From the human T2T-CHM13v2.0 reference genome, Homo sapiens, in assembly GCF_009914755.1 (NCBI RefSeq), contig NC_060936.1: 64,000 nucleotides of DNA; one strand, written 5' to 3'. Within the stretch, counting starts at the first letter, position 1, and every line of letters begins with the position of its first letter. The position numbers and the translations under genes are program-made. The notes under the pieces are model-generated. The model saw only the letters and a list, made by a program, of their open reading frames with translations. It had not been told where the DNA came from and ran no database searches. Shown one piece after another: positions 57,131-64,000 of the stretch.

Positions 57131-60100
57131 GATTGTGTTTGTTGTTGTTGCAGTTGCAGAGATGAAAAAGAAATCTGTGTCTTTAAATGAGGAGGGGCTG
57201 CGTAAGGAGGCTTGGGCAGCAAAAAGGCTAATACGCTGTGGAAGAGAAGGAGTTTAATCTAATTTAGTTGGAGGGTGTCTGTCTGCGGTGTTGTTTTTTG
57301 GAGTGTGGGAATAGAGGCGGGAAGCTGCCCCCTTGAATGGTCCCTCCTGAGCCAGGAGCAGTGGGGAGCCAGTCGACGCCAGCGATCCAAAGCCCGGCCT
57401 TGAAAGAGGATTAAATCAATGCTCTGATTTGCAATTCACACTAGTGCACCCCGTGGAACCTTTGGTAATATTTCAAACCACATTTCAAGGGAAGTGGCCT
57501 TAAAATAGCTGCCTAAATTGTGCTGGAGCCACACTGGACACCCCACTCATCCACTTTAGGATGGGGGTGCTTCAGGGTTCATTTCTCACCTTCCCCCAAA
57601 CCTCCACATCTCACAGCCAGTGTTTTTAGGCAGAATTAAAACTTTTGCGCCTGTTGAATTCGCTGCGACTTGCATGGCCTTTCTGGTGGTACAAACTGTG
57701 TTTTCTTTGCTAAGTATCACTTCAGATCACTAAAGGTATTTTCCCTGGAGAAAAAGATGGGGGCACGCCACGGGGAGCATGCCTACTTGATCAGAAAACA
57801 TAATTTTTTGTGCATGTTTTATATCTGATAAGTTTCTGCAGAAACTTGATACTAGATGAGGTCAGAGAAAACAAGGTCTATTCACATCAGACTTCCCTGC
57901 ATGTGAAGCAATTATTGGTAAATAGATCAGTTTTCATTCTCATACTTGAAGGTAGAATTGGAAATGTCCCGGACTAAATACAAACATTGACGACACGAGA
58001 AGACAAGAGAAGAAACACAAGAATCACTTACGTGGATCCTCACACTTGAATGTACCAAGAGAGGTGATTCAAGCAGCAGCTACCGAAAGGCGTTGCGACA
58101 GCCTGAACCACTTTTTATCTCAACATTCACCAGCACGATTTTACTTCTGTTTATGAGCTTTCTTCCTATGCCACCAGTTTACTCTTGCAATTAGCTTGTA
58201 ACATGCTAAGCTTATGGTTTAATTTCTTTCTGTTGCTGAAAGACTCAGTACTTTTTTATCTTAAAGAGATTATTTGGGTTTTCTCTAATCCCATTTCAGA
58301 AAACCTCGCACAGTGCTTATAATTTCCATTGACTATTACATAATAAGAAAAGATACAACTTTGATTTTTAGCAATATCCGTGTCAAAGTACTTTTATACT
58401 TTTGACTTTGTGAGTTTAAATGGAATGAAACTGGGCCTCTCTTTCAATTCCCCTCCACCTCCAAAAAATATTTAGTTCTTGTTCAAAACACTGCCTGACT
58501 CCTGAAATATTCTCTCTCAAAAACCTCATACTTTCCCTGGTGAACGTTTGCAAGAACCTGAAGGCGGATAATGTTTACTGATAGCTTTCCGATAGACAGA
58601 CATTTTTAGGTGGTTGGGGGTAAAAACATATTCCTTGTCTCTGCACGTTATGTGAAATCATGTTTAATTATAAAGTTTCATTAAAAATCTTTGCTCAAAA
58701 TTTTAGAAGCCTAATAAGATTTCCATTAATTTAAACATATCACTATTCCCACGACGGCTCCAAAGCTTTCTTTTCCGTCTTTCATCCATGGTTAAATATG
58801 TAAATAAAATGTCTAAAGTCATTCTTCAAAGAAGACAAAAGAAAAAAGAGCTGAGGGAAAGACAGCCATAAAATTCCTCCCAATTCTCCATAACATTTGC
58901 CAGAGGGGGGTCGGTTGCCAGCCAGGGCTGAGCAGCGGGGGACCCCGGCTGCTCCTTAGACTCACACATCTCAAATCCCACACACAGGAAAAAAAATAAA
59001 ATAAAATATCTTTTCAGCTGGGGCCATCAAAAGAGCCTTTTCATTTATTAGTTACAGACTTATCTTCCAGTTGCTGATTTCTCAGAACCCTCATTTCTCT
59101 ATAATAAAGTCTATTTGTTGGTTTCCATCTCAGCTGGACAGGGCGAAGCACTTCTGCAGACATTTTTATAAAAAACGAGAGAAAAAGGCAATCTGAAGTG
59201 GTTATAGCTAAAATAATGGGCCTGAACGTGGCTGAATTAAAACAGCACAGAAAAGATCAATTAGGAGGCACTTTCTCAAATAGCTCACACCCAGCTCCCG
59301 GCGTTTGGCTCTCACTCTTGCACTAAATATTTCTAATAGTTGCTGAGGGAGAGACACAAAAAGGAAAAGAAGGAAAATAGGGCCCAGGAAGGACCTTTGC
59401 CAGGAAAATTCTAGAAAAGCCAAGTGATTTCCGCTGAATTAATTTTAATTTAAAGGTCCTGAAAAATTACTCACTAGACAAAAAACAACAACAACAAAAA
59501 AAAAAACACTATAATAAAAATGGCAGTCTTTCAAAAATAAAATCATGCAACTTTTCACTTGGGAAATAACACAGTTGAAGGTGGTGTTCTAACTGCCCGG
59601 AGTTTCTACCTTCTTTTTCACTTTCTCCCTCACCCCGACTTCCTCCAGCACCTCCTAGTGAGACCCAGGACACCCAGGGACAGCGACCCAGGGGTGGGTG
59701 CCTGAACCTGCCTATTAATTCTGGGATTCTGGGCGCTCAAATGTCTGTTGAACGGATGAATGAATGAGTGGAAAGGTGAGATTTCCCCAAGTTTCTTACC
59801 GATGTAAAAATTGTAGGGCTTGTTTTAATTAAAAGCCAATACTCTCCGAGGAAGTGGCCCCCTCCTGCACGGCGTGCAGAAAGCTGGTCAGTGAGGGGGG
59901 TTCCTGGCGGGCCCCATCTCCTTCCCGGGCGCTTCCTAGGGAGACCTTGCCCCGTGCGCAGCGTCCCCACCGCGGGGGCCCGTGCAGCCGCCCCCCACGC
60001 CGGGTGGAGCGCCGCCAACGCGGGAAGCCCCAGCACTGCCTCCAAAGATGTCCGCACACTCCACCCTGCTCCCTGGAACTATCCTCAAACGGGCAGGGGG

Positions 60101-60931
60101 CAAGCGAGGCCGGTGGACGCGGGACTCGCTCCTCTGACCTCTCCCCGGCCCCCCGGGAGGTAGCGGGAGATTGCACACGCGATCCTGCGAGTTTCCGAAC
60201 TTTGGAAGATCGTGACCCGGAGAGACCCTGGGAGGAGAGGGCCGGCCACCTCCTAGGGGTGCTGTTTTTTTAAGGGTCAACCCAGGACGCTACGGGAAGC
60301 ACCTGGCGCATCCTTGGGAACAGTGGGGCTTGGCGGTGGGCGCCCACCGCGAACGCCCTGGGCGGGGGAAGGGAATGGCGGGGGGACGTCGTGTCCTAAG
60401 TGACCCCGTCACAGACCCGCCCCAATCCGAGGGGGGATGAGCTCAGAGGACCTGCCCAGGACGCTCCTTCTCCACTTTCCAGGAAAACCGAGCGGCGTGC
60501 GCGCCTCCGTGTCCTCGCGGGAGCTGGGGGTCCCCGGGCAGGCGCTGACGCGCTCCTCCCACGACCCACTCCATCCCACCCTACTCCGGGTCCTCCTGCG
60601 GGGCTGCAGCCAAGGAGGGCGCTGGCCGGGCACATCACTCGCCAAATCACATAAATACCCCACGAGCGAATGACTTCCTATAATAAATAAACTCAGCCGC
60701 CAAGAAGGCATCTCCAGCCCTGCTGGCGCGAGGCCCCGGCTCTGCGGCTTCGGAGGGGGCGGGGGTCACCGCGGTACAAACCAAGCCCGCACTTCCCGCG
60801 GGGTGGGAGGCGGTGTTCAAAGTCCCGGGACGCTTCCCGCCCCTCCCCCTTCCCGCCTTCTTAGAGGAGACCTCGGATGAGCGGCCCTAAAATCCGGATT
60901 CTCGAGCCCCTCCCCCTCCCCTTAGCTCGTC

Positions 60932-61110
60932 TCTTTGAAATTTCAAAGAAAATCCCTCCTCGGAGCCCGGAGCCCGGGGCTGGTAGCACCTCCCCAGCCT
61001 CAGGAAGATGCGGGCAGGTTTACAAGCAAGGGCCTACTTTATGGCCCAGGCTATAAAACGCAAATCCCACCTCCCTTTGAAAGCGCCCTCCGCCCGGGAC
61101 TCACCATAAA
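60932..61110. promoter_or_regulatory. TCF/LEF, CDX/HOX and TATA-like motif cluster in the FZD10 promoter
   Basis: Palindrome TCTTTGAAATTTCAAAGA (60932-60949), CCTTTGAA (61074-61081), TTTATGG (61038-61044), CCATAAA (61104-61110), TATAAAA (61052-61058). Confidence 0.55.
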
Positions 61111-61973
61111 AGGAAGAGAAGATGCACCCCGCGCCCCTCGCCGCGGACCACCCCCAAACCCCTTCTCCCGCCAGTCCCCGAACTTCCCGTAACCTCGGCG
61201 TCCTCGGGGTGCCGGGGACCATCCCGGGGACCGCCGGGAAAGGGGGCGCCGGCGGAGAGGATAGCGAGAGGCAAAGTTGGAGGCCAGGCAGAGAGAGGGC
61301 GAGGAGAGGCGGGCGGGACTGCCGGGGAGGGTCGCAGCGCGCAGAGCCCCGCGCGCCAGGCGGGCTGTCCCGGGGCTGGCGGGCGACGCGGGCGGGACTA
61401 GGCGCTGCGCCCCCCGCAGGCTGGGCTGCAGGCCGGGGGGGATCGGCCCCCGCGGGGCCCGGGAGCCCGCGGCGGGGCGGCGGGGAGGAGGCTGCCCCGG
61501 GCCGCTGCGCTTTCTCATGCAAAGCAGCGGCGGGGCGGGGCGCGCGGCCCGGGGGCGGGGCCTGTCAGCGCTCGGCTTTTCTGCCCCCCTTTGCCTTTTT
61601 GCGAGTCTTCTCATCCCGGGACGCAAACCTCGAAACAGCTGCCGGCTGGTCCCGGCCGAGGCCGGCGCAGGGAGGGAGGAGCCGCCCGGGCTGTGGGGGC
61701 GCCGCGAGCTGGGCCGGCCTCGGTGTGCCCGCGCCGCCAGCCCGCTCCAGACGCGCCACCTGGGCGCTCCAAGAAGAGGCCGAAGTTTGCCGCGGCCGTG
61801 AGTTGGAGCTCGCGCCGGGCCGCTGCGCCGGGAGCTCCGGGGGCTTCCCTCGCTTCCCGGTATTGTTTGCAAACTTTGCTGCTCTCCGCCGCGGCCCCCA
61901 ACTCGGCGGACGCCGGGCGCGGAGAGCCGAGCCGGGGGCGCTGTGCGCAGCGCTCGGGCCAGGCCGGGCGGGC

Positions 61974-62045
61974 ATGGGCGGGGGCCCGAGCAGGGGTGGA
62001 GAGCCGGGGCCAGCAGCAGCCCGTGCCCGGGAGCGGCGGCGCTGA
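61974..62045 (+). other. Upstream ORF in the FZD10 leader (MGGGPSRGGEPGPAAARARERRR*, 23 aa)
   Basis: ggcATGg (G at -3, G at +4), out of frame with FZD10, stops 40 nt before the main ATG. The ORF is seen directly; its translation is not shown. Confidence 0.6.
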
Positions 62046-62085
62046 GGGGCGCGGAGCTCCCCGCGAGGACACGTCCAACGCCAGC

Positions 62086-63831
62086 ATGCAGCGCCCGGGC
62101 CCCCGCCTGTGGCTGGTCCTGCAGGTGATGGGCTCGTGCGCCGCCATCAGCTCCATGGACATGGAGCGCCCGGGCGACGGCAAATGCCAGCCCATCGAGA
62201 TCCCGATGTGCAAGGACATCGGCTACAACATGACTCGTATGCCCAACCTGATGGGCCACGAGAACCAGCGCGAGGCAGCCATCCAGTTGCACGAGTTCGC
62301 GCCGCTGGTGGAGTACGGCTGCCACGGCCACCTCCGCTTCTTCCTGTGCTCGCTGTACGCGCCGATGTGCACCGAGCAGGTCTCTACCCCCATCCCCGCC
62401 TGCCGGGTCATGTGCGAGCAGGCCCGGCTCAAGTGCTCCCCGATTATGGAGCAGTTCAACTTCAAGTGGCCCGACTCCCTGGACTGCCGGAAACTCCCCA
62501 ACAAGAACGACCCCAACTACCTGTGCATGGAGGCGCCCAACAACGGCTCGGACGAGCCCACCCGGGGCTCGGGCCTGTTCCCGCCGCTGTTCCGGCCGCA
62601 GCGGCCCCACAGCGCGCAGGAGCACCCGCTGAAGGACGGGGGCCCCGGGCGCGGCGGCTGCGACAACCCGGGCAAGTTCCACCACGTGGAGAAGAGCGCG
62701 TCGTGCGCGCCGCTCTGCACGCCCGGCGTGGACGTGTACTGGAGCCGCGAGGACAAGCGCTTCGCAGTGGTCTGGCTGGCCATCTGGGCGGTGCTGTGCT
62801 TCTTCTCCAGCGCCTTCACCGTGCTCACCTTCCTCATCGACCCGGCCCGCTTCCGCTACCCCGAGCGCCCCATCATCTTCCTCTCCATGTGCTACTGCGT
62901 CTACTCCGTGGGCTACCTCATCCGCCTCTTCGCCGGCGCCGAGAGCATCGCCTGCGACCGGGACAGCGGCCAGCTCTATGTCATCCAGGAGGGACTGGAG
63001 AGCACCGGCTGCACGCTGGTCTTCCTGGTCCTCTACTACTTCGGCATGGCCAGCTCGCTGTGGTGGGTGGTCCTCACGCTCACCTGGTTCCTGGCCGCCG
63101 GCAAGAAGTGGGGCCACGAGGCCATCGAAGCCAACAGCAGCTACTTCCACCTGGCAGCCTGGGCCATCCCGGCGGTGAAGACCATCCTGATCCTGGTCAT
63201 GCGCAGGGTGGCGGGGGACGAGCTCACCGGGGTCTGCTACGTGGGCAGCATGGACGTCAACGCGCTCACCGGCTTCGTGCTCATTCCCCTGGCCTGCTAC
63301 CTGGTCATCGGCACGTCCTTCATCCTCTCGGGCTTCGTGGCCCTGTTCCACATCCGGAGGGTGATGAAGACGGGCGGCGAGAACACGGACAAGCTGGAGA
63401 AGCTCATGGTGCGTATCGGGCTCTTCTCTGTGCTGTACACCGTGCCGGCCACCTGTGTGATCGCCTGCTACTTTTACGAACGCCTCAACATGGATTACTG
63501 GAAGATCCTGGCGGCGCAGCACAAGTGCAAAATGAACAACCAGACTAAAACGCTGGACTGCCTGATGGCCGCCTCCATCCCCGCCGTGGAGATCTTCATG
63601 GTGAAGATCTTTATGCTGCTGGTGGTGGGGATCACCAGCGGGATGTGGATTTGGACCTCCAAGACTCTGCAGTCCTGGCAGCAGGTGTGCAGCCGTAGGT
63701 TAAAGAAGAAGAGCCGGAGAAAACCGGCCAGCGTGATCACCAGCGGTGGGATTTACAAAAAAGCCCAGCATCCCCAGAAAACTCACCACGGGAAATATGA
63801 GATCCCTGCCCAGTCGCCCACCTGCGTGTGA
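62086..63831 (+). CDS. FZD10: Frizzled-10, class F GPCR Wnt receptor; single-exon CDS of 581 aa
   Basis: ATG at 62086 (ccagcATGc) to TGA at 63829-63831 = 1746 nt. Signal peptide MQRPGPRLWLVLQVMGSCAA, Frizzled cysteine-rich domain (CQPIEIPMC...RFFLCSLYAPMC...), RFRYPERPIIFLS, seven TM segments, KTxxxW motif (KTLQSW, 63661-63678), C-terminal PDZ ligand TCV. The ORF track's start at 61591 is a TTG, not the canonical start. Confidence 0.99.
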   Translation: MQRPGPRLWLVLQVMGSCAAISSMDMERPGDGKCQPIEIPMCKDIGYNMTRMPNLMGHENQREAAIQLHEFAPLVEYGCHGHLRFFLCSLYAPMCTEQVSTPIPACRVMCEQARLKCSPIMEQFNFKWPDSLDCRKLPNKNDPNYLCMEAPNNGSDEPTRGSGLFPPLFRPQRPHSAQEHPLKDGGPGRGGCDNPGKFHHVEKSASCAPLCTPGVDVYWSREDKRFAVVWLAIWAVLCFFSSAFTVLTFLIDPARFRYPERPIIFLSMCYCVYSVGYLIRLFAGAESIACDRDSGQLYVIQEGLESTGCTLVFLVLYYFGMASSLWWVVLTLTWFLAAGKKWGHEAIEANSSYFHLAAWAIPAVKTILILVMRRVAGDELTGVCYVGSMDVNALTGFVLIPLACYLVIGTSFILSGFVALFHIRRVMKTGGENTDKLEKLMVRIGLFSVLYTVPATCVIACYFYERLNMDYWKILAAQHKCKMNNQTKTLDCLMAASIPAVEIFMVKIFMLLVVGITSGMWIWTSKTLQSWQQVCSRRLKKKSRRKPASVITSGGIYKKAQHPQKTHHGKYEIPAQSPTCV

Positions 63832-64000
63832 ACAGGGCTGGAGGGAAGGGCACAGGGGCGCCCGGAGCTAAGATGTGGTGCTTTTCTTGGTTGTGTTTTT
63901 CTTTCTTCTTCTTCTTTTTTTTTTTTTATAAAAGCAAAAGAGAAATACATAAAAAAGTGTTTACCCTGAAATTCAGGATGCTGTGATACACTGAAAGGAA

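Larger units (their letters stand above)
59850..63830. promoter_or_regulatory. CpG island covering the FZD10 promoter, 5' UTR and CDS
   Basis: Very high GC and CpG density with many CGCG/GCGC and GC boxes (e.g. GGGGCGGGG near 61532 and 61552), in sharp contrast to the AT-rich 57.5-59.6 kb region. Confidence 0.95.

Noticed and set aside
61051-63522. 823-aa antisense ORF as a real gene
   Set aside because: Starts at GTG, has no ATG until ~61615, lies codon-for-codon opposite the GC3-rich FZD10 CDS and shows no recognisable domain; a typical antisense shadow.

Overview
Primate, very probably human, genomic DNA. The only supportable protein-coding gene is the intronless Wnt receptor FZD10 (62086-63831, + strand, 581 aa; chr12q24.33 from recall), inside a ~4 kb CpG island at the right end. 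The other ~60 kb is upstream non-coding sequence dense in transposon relics: about 15 Alus, many MaLR/ERVL solo LTRs (MLT1, MLT2, THE1, MER74), L1/L2/MIR fragments and DNA transposons (piggyBac MER75, MER30, MER58, MER5, MER3/33). It also holds two minisatellites and several long alternating purine-pyrimidine tracts. Nearly all short ORFs in the track are repeat-derived or chance. I found no convincing new protein-coding system. The most interesting signals are: (1) a non-repeat local duplication with one direct and one inverted block (41.7-44.1 kb); (2) a perfect 18-bp palindrome of two TCF/LEF sites plus CDX/HOX motifs in the FZD10 promoter; (3) a strong-Kozak uORF and long overlapping open frames at FZD10; (4) a MEIS + PBX-HOX + TCF candidate enhancer at ~4.1-4.6 kb; (5) a piggyBac MITE with a duplicated left end inside a four-level transposon nest. 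Repeat subfamily names are from recalled consensus sequences, and repeat boundaries are approximate.
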